From assembly GCA_038087875.1 (NCBI GenBank), contig CM075978.1, forward strand, positions 37,386,001-37,450,000: DNA of 64,000 nt, in the 5' to 3' direction. The stretch's first letter is position 1; every line of letters begins with the position of its first letter. Below are positions 44,410-56,178 of the stretch, piece after piece. The notes under the pieces are model-generated. The model had not been told where the DNA came from and did no database searches. It saw nothing but the letters and a program-made list of their open reading frames with translations. This DNA comes from Malacoraja senta. Its lineage: Eukaryota. The position numbers were made by a program, and so were the translations under genes.

Positions 44410-45170
44410 AAGACCAAAGATTGATTATGGACTTCTGGAAGGGAAAGCTGAAGATCCATGACTTCATCAGCAGGTCTGTAATGGAGAGTAAATAGCTTGA
44501 ATTTTGCTAGGCATGCACATCTCTGAAGATCTGACTTCAGCCTAGTACAAAGAAAGCTCATCAATGTCTCTATTTCCTCAGAAAATCTGAGGAGATTTGG
44601 CATGTTGCTGAAAATGCTATCAAACATCTACAGGTGCATACTGACTAGTAATATCATGGGCTAGTTCAGTAACTCAAGTGCCCAAGAATGAAGAAGGCTG
44701 CAGAAAGTGGTAGACATTACCATTATGAGTATTGACTTCCCCACCATTGAAAGCATCCACAGGAAGCATTGCCTCACAAAGTCATTTAATATCGTCAAAG
44801 ACACACACTAGCCTGGCTGCACTCTCATCTTTCTGTTACCACCGGGAAGAAGGACAGGAGCCTAAGAACTGTGACCTTCAAGTTCAAGAACAGCTTCTTC
44901 TCATCAACACTTGGGCTCTTGAACCACAATGCACAACTGTAATCATATTCATACATCAGCAACAAACTCCTATGGACTTTGCATAGGTTGCACTCTGTAC
45001 TTCAGTCTACACTGTTACGGTCTGATTACCTAGTAATTACTGGTAATTTACTGCATTCTTTTTATTGTATATTTATTTGTTGTGTTGTGCATTCATTTAT
45101 CTATAAAACTGCAGCAAGTAAGAATGTCATTGCTCTGTTCCCAGTGTACATTTGAACACTCTTGACTCGA
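44410..45170 (+). mobile_element. Rex1/Babar-like LINE 3' fragment, degenerate
   Basis: aagaccaaag...ggacttc, tctatttcctcagaaaatctg, ttcaagaacagcttcttc; tail ...aacactcttgactc. Confidence 0.6.
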
Positions 45171-45889
45171 GCCTTAACTTATATTAGCACTTTCAAATTC
45201 TCAGATGTTAGCTTTTTATCCTTCCCTTTTGCAACTACCAACAGTTCATTTACATCCTTACCTCAACCATTAATAAGTTCATAAATTCTAAGGTCCATAG
45301 TTCGGCCCATCAAGTCTACTCCGTCATTCGATCATAGCTGATCTATCTTTCTCTCTTAACCCCATTCTCCCGTGTTCACCCCATAACCCCTGACACTAAT
45401 ACTTTAACCCAATTCAAATTATTATACTCTCCTGCACTGGTTGCTGCCTTTGGTGTCCTCATTTGTTTCTCTCATTTTCAGGAACATAGAATTGAATTGG
45501 CACAGACATTGTGGGCCAAAGGGCCCATTCATGTGCTGCACTGTTCCAGGTTCTATGAATATTACATAGATCTGTAATGCTTGAGACTTTATTCTGCTAT
45601 CTAGAATTCTGAACCTGAATCATCCATTCAATCCATTCAAAGTCCCATTGATTACCATGAAGATAAATAACCAATGAAGTATACGTGGGAGAATGGAAAT
45701 TATATGATCCAGTTTTCACTGTGAATGTGTTGTGTGCACACCTATTTCATATTCCCTTCCTCTCTGTGTCTTTTCTTTCCTGCATTACAATTTTTACTAG
45801 CAAAATATTCTTCATTACATTGATGAAAGTAAGTTTCTAAGAAAATATTACTATCTATATCCAATGTGAATGTTTGAAAGTAAACCTAC

Positions 45890-46059
45890 CGCATTAGGCT
45901 TTGTTCCTTTTCCTTCAACTTCGACTGATTCTACAGTACTAGGTATTGTTCTTTTTAGGCAGTATTGCATTTTATATGGTTCTGAGTACTGTAAAATCTT
46001 GAGTGCATCTTCATATTTGACATTATCAAAATAAATTGTAGCACTGATAAGTTGATCAC
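45890..46059 (-). CDS. AHNAK2: AHNAK2 exon, PDZ C-terminal half
   Basis: tttttatcag|GT GAT CAA... translates (G)[56 protein letters not shown]|gtaggt. 170 nt, phase 1 to 0. [16 protein letters not shown] matches AHNAK2 PDZ as I recall it. Confidence 0.95.
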
Positions 46060-46680
46060 CTGATAAAAAACAAAATCATAAATTTGATTATATGTTAATA
46101 AGGTAATAAATTAATCAAAAGTTTTCAGTATCTTAGCTATCTATATTAAAGTATAGTAAATTTTATAACTAAACATACTGTTGTGGACAAGATGAATGTG
46201 AGCTGTATTGTGGTCTCTGAAGGTGTTAAAGTATTATTCTATTTTGCAGGTGGTAGAAATGTCTAATAACAGTATTGTTCTGTTTTGCTGGTAGTTGAAA
46301 TGTCTAATAACCAAGCTAACACTTAGTTAAGGTATCATTATTAACCGTCTTACCTCCAGCTCAGAAGATGGGGTGTTCAAGCCTTTTCCTGGAAATGATT
46401 ACATAATTACAACCAAAAACACAATACTAATGGATTACTGCATTGTCCCAGATTACTGGGACCTTAGCCTGTCACTTCCTGTGTATTCAGAGAGATGTAA
46501 TTTATCCTGTGACACTGTTCAAAGATGAGATGTGTCCTTTTATTATTGCTCTGTCAATTACCATAACAAATCCACTGGTTCTCATTGTCTATGAAACATA
46601 CTGTACAGAAATCAGCTGCCTTTCTTTCTATTTAATGTCAATTCATAGGCTTCACATGTTCCACTTTTATTATTTGACAT

Positions 46681-47636
46681 ATAACCATATAACCATATAA
46701 CAATTACAGCACGGAAACAGGCCATCTCGGCCCTTCTAGTCCGTGCCGAACACTTACTCTCACCTAGTCCCATCTATCTGCACTCAAACCATAATCCTCC
46801 ATTCCTTTCCCATCCATATACCTATCCAATTTATTTTTAAATGATAAAATCGAACCTGCCTCCACCACTTCCACTGGAAACTCATTCCATACAGCTACCA
46901 CTCTCTGAGTAAATAAGTTCCCCCTCATGTTACCCCTAAACTTTTGTCCCTTAATTCTCAAATCATGACCTCGTGTTTGAATCTTCCCTACTCTCAATGG
47001 AAAAAGCTTATCCACGTCAACTCTGTCTATCCCCCTCATAATTTTAAAGACCTCTATCAAGTCCCCCCTTAACCTTCTGCGCTCCAAAGAATAAAAACCT
47101 AACTTGTTCAACCTTTCTCTGTAACTTAGGTGCTGAAACCCAGGCAACATTCTAGTAAATCTCCTCTATACTCTCTCTATTTTGTTGACATCTTTCCTAT
47201 AATTTGGCGACCAAAATTGTACACCATACTCCAGAATTGGCCTCACCAAAGCCTTGTGCAATTTTAACATTACATCCCAACTTCTATACTCAATGCTTTG
47301 ATTTATAAAGGCCAGCACACCAAAAGCTTTCTTTACCACCCTATCTACATGAGATTCCACCTTCAGGGAACTATGCACAGTTATTCCTAGATCCCTCTGT
47401 TCAACTGCATTCCTCAATTCGCTACCAGTTACCATGTACGTCCTATTTTGATTTGTCCTGCCAAGTTGTAGCACCTCACACTTATCAGCATTAAACTCCA
47501 TCTGCATTCTTTCAGCCCACTCTTCCAAATGGCCTAAATCTCTCTGTAGACTTTGAAAATCTACTTCATTATCCACACCACCTATCTTAGTATCATCTGC
47601 ATACTTATTAATCCAATTTACCACACCATCATCCAG
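46681..47636 (-). mobile_element. CR1 LINE 3' fragment
   Basis: KYADDTKIGG, LVRPILEY, TRGH; (atatggtt)n tail. Confidence 0.93.
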
Positions 47637-47639
47637 ATC

Positions 47640-48118
47640 AGACATAGAAAGGCTATTTGGCCCATCAAGTGTATGCTGGCTCTCAGAGCAATCCCATTCC
47701 ATCACCTATTTCTCTGTAACCCATTTTCTTATACGTTGGTGGTAATTTGCAGGTATCAGTTAAGCTACCGGGGTAAAGGAAAGAGCGTTCACGTCGCAGC
47801 CCTGTTTCCACCAATCTTTCCACAAGAAACAATCTTGTGCACAAGAAGCACAAGAAGCCCAAGATGACATTTTATGCAGATGCCGAGAAGTGTGTTCAGC
47901 TCTGGCTGAACAATTTCTAATCTTGTGATGTAGACTCGATAAGAAGTTAAGTTACCAACCAGTTTTTGGGATGTGGAGGAAACTAGTGTGCCAAGAAGAA
48001 CACAGTTACCGATAGAATGTGCAAACTCCACACAGTGAGCCTCAAAGGCAAAGATTGAACTGGGATTTTACTGGAACTGTGATGCCACAACATTACCTGC
48101 TGCTTCACTGTGCTGCCC
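47640..48118 (-). mobile_element. tRNA-derived SINE (HE1/V-SINE-like), diverged
   Basis: Reverse complement has gcagcacagtg...cagttcaatc...gtgtggagtttgcacattct and a CR1-like tail. Confidence 0.6.
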
Positions 48119-48305
48119 GGTGAAGATGATAGGTTGAAAAACTGCTATGGTTAAAAGAATCAACTACATCTGAGTTGGACTAGAATCACATGACACCAGC
48201 CATTTATTTCCAGATTTTTCATATTGAATTCAAATTCTCAAACAGTCACATAGTATATTCTGGATTTAAATTCCAGAACATCTGGACTTAAATTCCATGT
48301 TTTAC

Positions 48306-48462
48306 CTTCTCTCATGCTCAGCCGTTTTGCAGCAGGTGACTCTTTCTGAACATGTTTAATAAATATCCCGTCCTTTTTACCACCTTTAACACTGAAGCCA
48401 CTTGCACCTTTTTCAATGTCTGTGGTCACAAGCATTTCCACAATGTCCTCTTCCTTCTCTTT
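48306..48462 (-). CDS. AHNAK2: AHNAK2 exon, PDZ N-terminal half
   Basis: ttttttcag|KEKEEDIVEMLVTTDIEKGASGFSVKGGKKDGIFIKHVQKESPAAKRLSMRE(G)|gtaaaa. 157 nt, phase 0 to 1, compatible with the next exon. Confidence 0.95.
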
Positions 48463-48577
48463 CTGAAAAAAATCAAAATGATTTAAGTGCCAGCCAGTAT
48501 TTTCATTATTTTCATTTTAATTGTTTCCAAATTAAACAAATGTTATGAAAATTATAGATATCAAAAAATAAACCTAC

Positions 48578-48685
48578 CGCTTTGTTACTCATGTTTGCAG
48601 AAAAACTTTTCTTTGATAGATTTTGTAATCTTTGTTTATTGTCTATAATGTCAATTAATGTCTCAGCTGGTATTTCCTCCAGTAC
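48578..48685 (-). CDS. AHNAK2: AHNAK2 small exon (36 codons)
   Basis: ttcttgttcag|VLEEIPAETLIDIIDNKQRLQNLSKKSFSANMSNKA|gtaggt. 108 nt, open, phase 0-0, between flanking exons. Confidence 0.75.
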
Positions 48686-48883
48686 CTGAACAAGAAAATT
48701 CAGTAATCATTGCATATAATAGGAAATCTTAAAGCGATAGATTATGAAACTTGTTAAAACCTAATCTAAAATAATTAAAACCTAAAATAATCTAAAACCT
48801 AAAATAATCTAGTGATAATAGTTGATTTTTACCTTGAGGACACTTTAATTTTTTGTTAGCATGAATAAATTAGTGCCAGAGAC

Positions 48884-49022
48884 CTGGGTGGCGCAGTGCC
48901 AGAGACCTGGGTTCAATCGTGATTACGGGTGTTGTTTGTATGTTCTCCCTGTGACCGTATGGGTTTTCCCGGGTGTTCTAGTTCCCTCCCGCATTACAAA
49001 GACATACAGGTTTGTAAGGTTT
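48884..49022 (+). mobile_element. SINE 5' fragment truncated by CR1
   Basis: ggtggcgcagt...gggttcaatc...gttctccctgtgaccgtatgggttttcccggg. Confidence 0.65.
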
Positions 49023-49948
49023 ATAATAGACAATAGGTGCAGGAGTAGTCGATTTGGCCCTTCGAGCCAGCACCGCCATTCAATGTGATCATGGCTGATC
49101 ATCCCAATTAGTACCCCGTTCCTCCCCATATCCCCTCTGCTATTTTGAAGAGCCCTATCTAGCTCTCTCTTGAAAGCATCCAGAGAACCTGCCTCCACTG
49201 CCCTCTGAGGCAGAGAATTCCACAGACTTACCACTGTGAGAAAAAGTGTTTCCTCGTCTCCGTTCTAAATGGCTTACTCCTTATTCTTAAACTGTGGCCC
49301 CTGGTTCTGGACTCCCCCAACATCGGGAACATGTTTCCTGCCTCTAGCGTGTCTAAGCCCTTAACAATCATATATGTTTCAATGAGATCCCTCTCATCCT
49401 TCTCAACTCCAGAGTGTACAAGCCCAGCTGCTCCATTCTCTCAGCATATGACAGTCCCGCCATCCCGGGAATTAACCTCGTAAACCTACGCTGCACTCCC
49501 TCAATAGCAAGAATGTCCTTCCTCAAATTAGGGGACCAAAACTGCACACAATACTCCAGGTGTGGTCTCACTAGGGCGCTGTACAACTGCAGAAGGACCT
49601 CTTTGCTCCTATATTCGATTCCTCTTGTTATAAAGGCCAACATGCCATTCGCTTTCTTCACTGCCTGCTGTACCTGCATGCTTACTTTCATAGACTGATG
49701 AACAAGGACCCCCAGATCCCGTTGTACTTCTCCTTTTCCCAACTTGATGCCATTTAGATAGTCATCTGCCTTCCTGTTTTTGCTACCAAAGTGGATAACC
49801 TCACATTTATCCACATTAAACTTCATCTGCCATGCATCTGCCCACTCCCCCAACCTGTCCAAGTCACCCTGCATTCTCATAGCATCCTCCTCACAGTTCA
49901 CACTGCCACCCAGCTTTGTGTCATCTGCAAATTTGCTAATGTTACTTT
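49023..49948 (-). mobile_element. CR1 LINE 3' fragment (same family as 7908-10948), abutting a truncated SINE
   Basis: FADDTKLGG...LVRPHLEYC; highly similar to 7915-8855. Confidence 0.93.
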
Positions 49949-51050
49949 GAAGTTTGTAAGTACCTCTCAAATACATTAAATATATTAAATTAACTTAAAT
50001 TGTGGTTTGGTCAGAAAAACTTAGATTTCTAGATTTGTGACAGACTAGTAAATTAAAAAAGGTAGGTGTTATATAATCACCAAGTGTCAGTTTTAATGTG
50101 AGTGAAAAACACAGGTTGTGGTTGCACTTCTGGCTGCCAATCTCTTTTGTTTAAGGTGGACATGATTGCTGTGCTTTAAGTGCACATTTGATACCAGACG
50201 AACAGAAGACATTATTAGTTGATTCACACTGGGAGATGTCCAGACCAATATTCTCAGCATTCCTCATCAACCTGGAAATTCTTACCAGCAAGAACTAACA
50301 GGTGCAAAGTATTTTTTGTATACAATTTAAATAGTGCATTGCAAAATGTGCCAATGTCCAATTTCTCAGCACCATACTGTATTTTTTTTAACTTTTAAAT
50401 TAAGTTGTAACTGCTTGGTAATCTAAGAGGTAAAAAAATATTTTTGCAGGAAATAGTTTTTCTTAGCCCAGGGAAGGTTGAGGGGAAAACCTGATGAGAA
50501 TGTCCAAAATCATGATGGAGTAAATAAGGAGAATGATCAGTAACCAGTGATATCAATTTAATCTGTAGCAAGAATTCCAGAAGTACCAAGAGGAAATTAG
50601 TTGGATTTCAGAGAACTGAGCCAGGATCAATGGGCTGAATAGTCTCTTTCTAGCAATTTGATTTTACATGAGGCACCCAAAACAGTCATGTTCCAATCAA
50701 AATTAATCTTACATCAGAAAATGTATTCACAATATAGTCGTTATTGACACCTCAGTTTCCTACCAATGCGTATACTTTTTAGTCCCCTGAGTGTAATAAA
50801 AGCTTCTGGTCAAATGCGTAAATTTTAAATTTAGTCACACTGTTGTGCCCAGCAGTATATTACTGGGAAATATTCTGATAATCTATCTTTCTGGGTGGGT
50901 TCCATAATCTGATGTTCTCAGAACAAATTACACTCCTAAAGTTAATGTATGCTAATAGTCTTTGATATTAAATCCAATGTCAGGTTGTAGATCATACACA
51001 TTTTAACCATTTTTATTCTCATTGCTTCAGCTTTATATTTATTTACATAC

Positions 51051-51155
51051 ATTTTTGTCCTTGTATTCTTCAGTCAGCGTGTAGTCATATATCGGTGAAG
51101 ATCCTTGAGGTCTTGGTCTTACAGTTTCTACAAATTCTGTTGGCAACTCGCACAC
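51051..51155 (-). CDS. AHNAK2: AHNAK2 N-terminal exon with RPRPQGSSP motif
   Basis: tttccttgcag|VCELPTEFVETVRPRPQGSSPIYDYTLTEEYKDKN|gtatgt. 105 nt, phase 0-0. Motif matches RPRPQGSSPVYEY of mammalian AHNAK2 as I recall it. Confidence 0.9.
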
Positions 51156-51479
51156 CTGCAAGGAAATAAAGTACTGGTATTAAATAATCTAAAGCAGAAT
51201 CAGTTTAAGTATAATGCTAAAAATTCTCAATAAATAAACATGCCATTCAGCATGTAATTATGATTGTGGTAACAAAATTAATAAATAATGTGTTTGATAT
51301 TTTTCTATGGAAGATGAAATTTAAATTGAAATTTTTCACTGACAGGACAGAGCATGTGAATGTTTAAGTGTACAAGCAAACTTTTTGCACTATTTCCTGT
51401 AAGATATTACATTTCACAAAATAATAGGGGCTGAGCTTAATATAAAAACAAATAATTTTGCCCAAATTTACTTGCAAGT

Positions 51480-51790
51480 TGGCACAGTGACTTGTAAATA
51501 GAACTGTTGCCTCGACCCAGGATTTAATCCTGACTTCTGCTACTGTCAGTGCAAAGTTTGCATGTTCTTCCTGTGACTATGTGGATTTCCTCTGGATGCT
51601 ATGGTTTCCTCCCACAGCATCAAAAACATGTCAGAAGGTTAATGGGCTCCTGTAACTTGCCCTTAGTGGAGGAGTGTGGTAGGAAAATCAGGTAGTAGTT
51701 AATGTGAGAGAAATTAGGATACAGAGATAAAATGGGGGAAGGGTTGCTTTGAGAATGGGCTGAATGGTGGACTTCTATGTTGTAAAGAAG
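51480..51790 (+). mobile_element. tRNA-derived SINE (HE1/V-SINE-like)
   Basis: ggcacagtg...gtttgcatgttcttcctgtgact...ggtttcctcccaca. Confidence 0.65.
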
Positions 51791-52083
51791 TATGAAGTGA
51801 AATGCTCAGAAGATCAAACAGCATGATGAATATTTCCGGTTGATGACCTTTGAGCAGATTCTGCTTTCTTTTAGGATTCCATTATTTGTGTTGTTGTTCA
51901 TTGATATTTATGTAAATTTATTATATCATTTCAATGAATATAATTTAAAATAAACATTTAAAAATTGTAATTTCAAATTTGATCAATTGTCTGCAACATT
52001 TGTTTTTAACCCAATAAATTTTATAAAATACAACATGTAAAACAAATTTAGATGTCTTACATTTGAAAACAAAAATTACTTAC

Positions 52084-52136
52084 AGAATCCTGTTCTCCAG
52101 GTTCTGTCTCAGCATCTTTTAAGCACTGGACTGAGC
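52084..52136 (-). CDS. AHNAK2: AHNAK2 probable exon 2
   Basis: catttgcag|(G)SVQCLKDAETEPGEQDS|gtaagt. 53 nt, phase 1 to 0, requiring an upstream phase-1 exon that I did not find in the window. Confidence 0.75.
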
Positions 52137-52915
52137 CTGCAAATGCAATCAAATTTATAGTACTTAATAATCATATTAGACAATGTAAAACCTGCAGAAA
52201 AACATAGGAAGAATGTTGTATTGGCTTTGGCACACCATGTAAATAGTTAACGCTGTTCTGTGTCAATGAATTCACTGCTTCCTCGTTCATAAATTTACCA
52301 GAAAGAGCTTGTTGACTCAAAATTAAAACATTGCGGTACAACTTATTCATACGCAAAGCCGCTTCCAAAACAAATGATTACTAATAACTCGCTAAAGTTG
52401 ATCGAAGAAGCATGTTTGAGGACAAATGAATGTCCGGCAAGTAGGTTGCTTTTAAAAGAGTGAATGTGAGAGTTCAAGCCATGCATGTTCCTTTTAAAAT
52501 AAAGGACAAGACAGCTGAGAGTAAGGAATGTATCAGGCAACTGAATCATCCTACCACAACTAGAGAACAGTCCTGAACTACTATCTACAGTACCTCATTG
52601 GTGAACTCGGACTATCCTTGATCGGACTTTTCTGGCTTTACCTTGCATTAAATGTTATTCCCTTATCATGTATCTATACACTGTAAATGGCTCAATTGTA
52701 ACCATGTATTGGACTGGATAACCACTGACTGGATAGCACACAACAAAAGCTTTCCACTGTACCTCGGTACACGTGATAATAAACTAAACTAAACTGGAAG
52801 TCTGGATGATGAGAAATGGGAGCTCCTGTCAGGAAGAAGGAGACATGGGTCAGATATAGGCAGCTGGGATTAAAGTGTATCCCAAGAAGAGTTTAGGGGA
52901 CAGAGGATCATACTT

Positions 52916-53501
52916 TCTTTAAAAAAAAAAAGTTTTTATTGATTTTCGACAGAGATACATACAAAACAGTGCAACACCATCACCATAAATAAAACAAAAT
53001 AAGAAAAACAACAATCAAAATAATATTAAAAAATAAATAGGGAAAAAAAGAGGTAAATAAATAAAAAAATTGGAATAAGACCATGTGGTTCACTTCCCAA
53101 ATTAAAAAGAAAATTACATAGATTAGTTATCTGGAGATATTTCAATATTCACACAAACATACCATCTAGTTCTATATAACACAATCTTCCCATATCTAGC
53201 TCGGCATTTATCTAGTTGGTGTCATGGCTCAAATAAACGGTCCATTTTTCCCAGATCTTCTCAAATGAATTCTCCTTGACTCTCAAGAAATATGTCAGTT
53301 TCTCCATAGTAAAGATGTCTCGCACAATTTCTAGCCACTGTTCCTGTTTTGGTTTTTTTTTCATTAAGCCACTGCCTGGTAATGGCCTTCTTACTTGCTG
53401 CAAGCAAAACTTTAATCAAATAGGTATCTTCTATCTTTACAATATCTTTAATGTGCCCCAGATACATCACCGGGCAGGGATTTGAAATTTTATACCCCAA
53501 G
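52916..53501 (-). mobile_element. L1-clade LINE 3' fragment with 13-bp TSD
   Basis: LLAASKKAITRQWL...WLEIVRDIFTMEKLT...FEKIWEKW (fish-type L1 ORF2 C-terminus). TSD gaggatcatactt at 52903-52915 and 53502-53514. Confidence 0.8.
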
Positions 53502-53522
53502 GAGGATCATACTTAAGAAGGA

Positions 53523-53884
53523 TATGATCCTCCTTATTATTAGGATTATTATGTTGATAATAAATGGTTTTAGGACCTAGTGAGGGGTGAGTAAAGATAA
53601 GAAGTAGGTGCATCCCTTTCACATTGTCCTATCTTATTTTCTTTTTTCTCTTTTTTTCTTTTTTTCTTTAACTACTTCTTGTGGTTTAGGTTCACATGTG
53701 TGTTCCTGGACCACTTTTTCATTCACTCACTGACTGTCTTTGCTAGCCCTTTCTATCCTTTCTTTCTATTAAAGTTGAAAAACAGAAGTGGTACAAGAAC
53801 TGTATAAATTTACGTTATTGCAGATTACTGTAATGTAAAATACTTCTAATTTTAAAAAAAATAAAAAATAAAAATAAAAATAAA
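53523..53884 (+). mobile_element. L1-like 3' UTR fragment with poly(A) and 14-bp TSD
   Basis: T-rich UTR and A-rich tail resembling 57100-57455. TSD atacttaagaagga at 53509-53522 and 53885-53898. Confidence 0.7.
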
Positions 53885-54861
53885 ATACTTAAGAAGGACA
53901 TCAGGAGGGCAAAAAGGGGGCAGGAGGTAGTTCTTCAATATTAAGGAAAATTAAATCCAAAGAGATTTTATAAGTACATTAATGGAAAGAGGGTAACTAG
54001 AGAGAGAGTATGGATCCTCAGAAACCAAAGTGGTCAACTATGTATGCAGCTGCAGAAAATGAGCAAGATCTTCAATAGGTATTTCCTATTTTTACTGTGG
54101 AAAAAAACATGAAGGCAAGGGATCTTGGGGCAGTCATTGGAGATGTGTTGAGTGCCATCCGTATTATGGTCAAGGAGGTGCTGACATCCTTGGGCCTATG
54201 AAGGTAGATAAATCTCCCAGGCCAGATCAATATGTCCAAGGATGGTGTGGAAAGCAAGAGAAGAAGTTACGGGCAAGTAGAGTGGTGAAAAAGGCTTTTT
54301 GTACATTAATCTTATCAGTCAGGTTATTGAGTATAGAAATTGAGATATTATGTTACATTTGTGCAAGATGTTTGTGAGGCCACATTTGGTGTACAATGTT
54401 CAATTCTGGCCACCTTCTATAAGAAGTATGTCATTAAGCTGCAAAGAGTGCAGAGATAATTTACAAGCATGTTGCCAGGACTGGAGTGTCTGAGCTATAG
54501 GGAGAGGTTGGACAGGCTAGGATTTTAGTCCTTGGATCGCAGGAGGCTGAGGGGTGATCTAATAGAGGTGTATAAATGCATGAGGGGAATAGATAGGGTG
54601 AAAGCATATTTACCCAGAATAGGGGAATCAAAAACAAGAGGACAGATTTAAGGTGAGAGGGGCAACATTTTCACCCAGAGGGCAGTGGGTGTATGGAACT
54701 AGCTGCCAGAGGATGTACTTGAGGCAGGTAAAGCAGCATTTAAAAGACACTTGGACAAATGCATGGATAGGAAAGGCTTAGAAGGATATAGGCTAGTGGG
54801 ACTAGGTTTGATGGGCATCTTGGTTGAAATGGATAATTTGGGCCGAAGGGGCTATATGATT

Positions 54862-55765
54862 CTACGCCTCTCATAATCTTATGTACTTCTCTCTGGTCAC
54901 TTCTCAACCTTCTTTGCTCCTGGGAAAACAATCCCATCCTATCTGATTATTCCCAATAACTATTATCCTCCAATCTTGGCAAAGTGCTGATGATTCTCTT
55001 CTGTACTCTCTCTGGTGCAATCGCTTTTTTTCTATAGTTTGTGACCAGAACTGCACATAGTTCGCCAAGTGTGCAGTTCACCAGTGACTTCTACAGCTGC
55101 ATCATGATGTCTCAACAATTATACTCAATACTTTCGTCCCAGTGAAGCCAAGCCTGTCAAATGCCGCTTTCACCGCACTTTCCACCCGACTCGCCACTTT
55201 GAGGAAAAAGCGCATCTGTACTCCCAGATCTCTGTTCTGCAACACTGTCCAGAGCTCTACCAATTAATGTGTAAATCCTACCCTGGTTTGACATACCAAA
55301 GTGCAACACCTCACACTTGTCAGAGTATAATACCATTTGCCATTCCTTGGACCATTTTCCCAACTGATCTAGATCTTGGAAACATAGGTATAAAATATAG
55401 AACAGTCGAGCACAGGAATAGATCCGTTGGCCCACAATGTCCATACATAATGACAGGTTAAACTAACCTCTGCTTGTGACTAATCCATAATCCTCCATTC
55501 CCAGTGCATTGATATGCCTACCTCAAAGCTTCTTTAGTGCCACTATAGTCTCTGTCTTCAAAGCCATCCCTGGCAATGTGTTCCAGGCACTCATAACTAT
55601 GTAAAAACCATGCCCTGCACATGTCCTTTAAATTTTACCAAACTACCTTCCTCACTGTCTACTATGCCACTAGTGTCACCTGCAAATTTACTGACAATGT
55701 TAACTACATTATCATCCAAGTCATTAATGTTTTTTTAACAAAGCATGGGAACCAGCACTAAACCC
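54862..55765 (-). mobile_element. Degenerate CR1 fragments
   Basis: QDLDQLGKWSKEWQM...DKCEVLHFG; second 3' tail at about 55380-55450. Confidence 0.75.
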
Positions 55766-55769
55766 TACG

Positions 55770-55860
55770 GCTGAAGAAGGGTCTCAAATCGAAATGTCAC
55801 CTATTCCTTTTCTCCAGAGATGCTGCCTGACCTGCTGAGTTACTCCAGCTTTTTGTGTCC
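55770..55860 (+). repeat. Copy of the same short repeat
   Basis: ctgaagaagggtctcaaatcgaaatgtcacctattccttttctccagagatgctg. Confidence 0.7.
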
Positions 55861-56178
55861 ACCCTACTGCACACCACAGGTCAACTTTCCCACAACGAAA
55901 GACTGTCAAGGTGCGCTGCGGGGTGGAGCGACCCAGCAGACAGGCAGCCGAGAGCAAGGAAGGAACCGTGCCGCCAAGAACTAGGAGGGATCCTCACCAT
56001 CAGGAGCAACCTGGGGGGGGGTGGGGTGGGGGGACATCGGGGGACATGCTGCCGGGAGCGAAGAGCCGATGAGAGCGTAGGGGGACCTGCGCCACCGACA
56101 GCGAAGAGGGCTGGCAAGAGTGATGGGGGGGCACCAAGTGTTGGGGTACACACCACAGGGCCATCAAGGATGAAGGAG

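Larger units (their letters stand above)
52330..54860 (+). mobile_element. Degenerate CR1 interrupted by a Rex1-like tail (about 52528-52795) and two L1 fragments (52916-53884)
   Basis: CR1-like sequence resumes across each insertion; gataaatctcccaggccagat, gtgaggccacatttgg, aggaggctgaggggtgatct; tail gggccgaagggg. Confidence 0.75.

Noticed and set aside
46133-46150. ttagctatctatatta identical to the Helitron 5' junction at about 11958
   Set aside because: 16-bp AT-rich match with no downstream Helitron homology; likely chance.
49010-49960. gtttgtaag as TSD of the CR1 fragment
   Set aside because: The left copy is not flush with the tail and is part of the SINE body, so it cannot be supported.
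50281-50320. Possible extra AHNAK2 exon ending at donor CTG|GTAAG
   Set aside because: No convincing acceptor or homology, and the flanking exons already join in phase.
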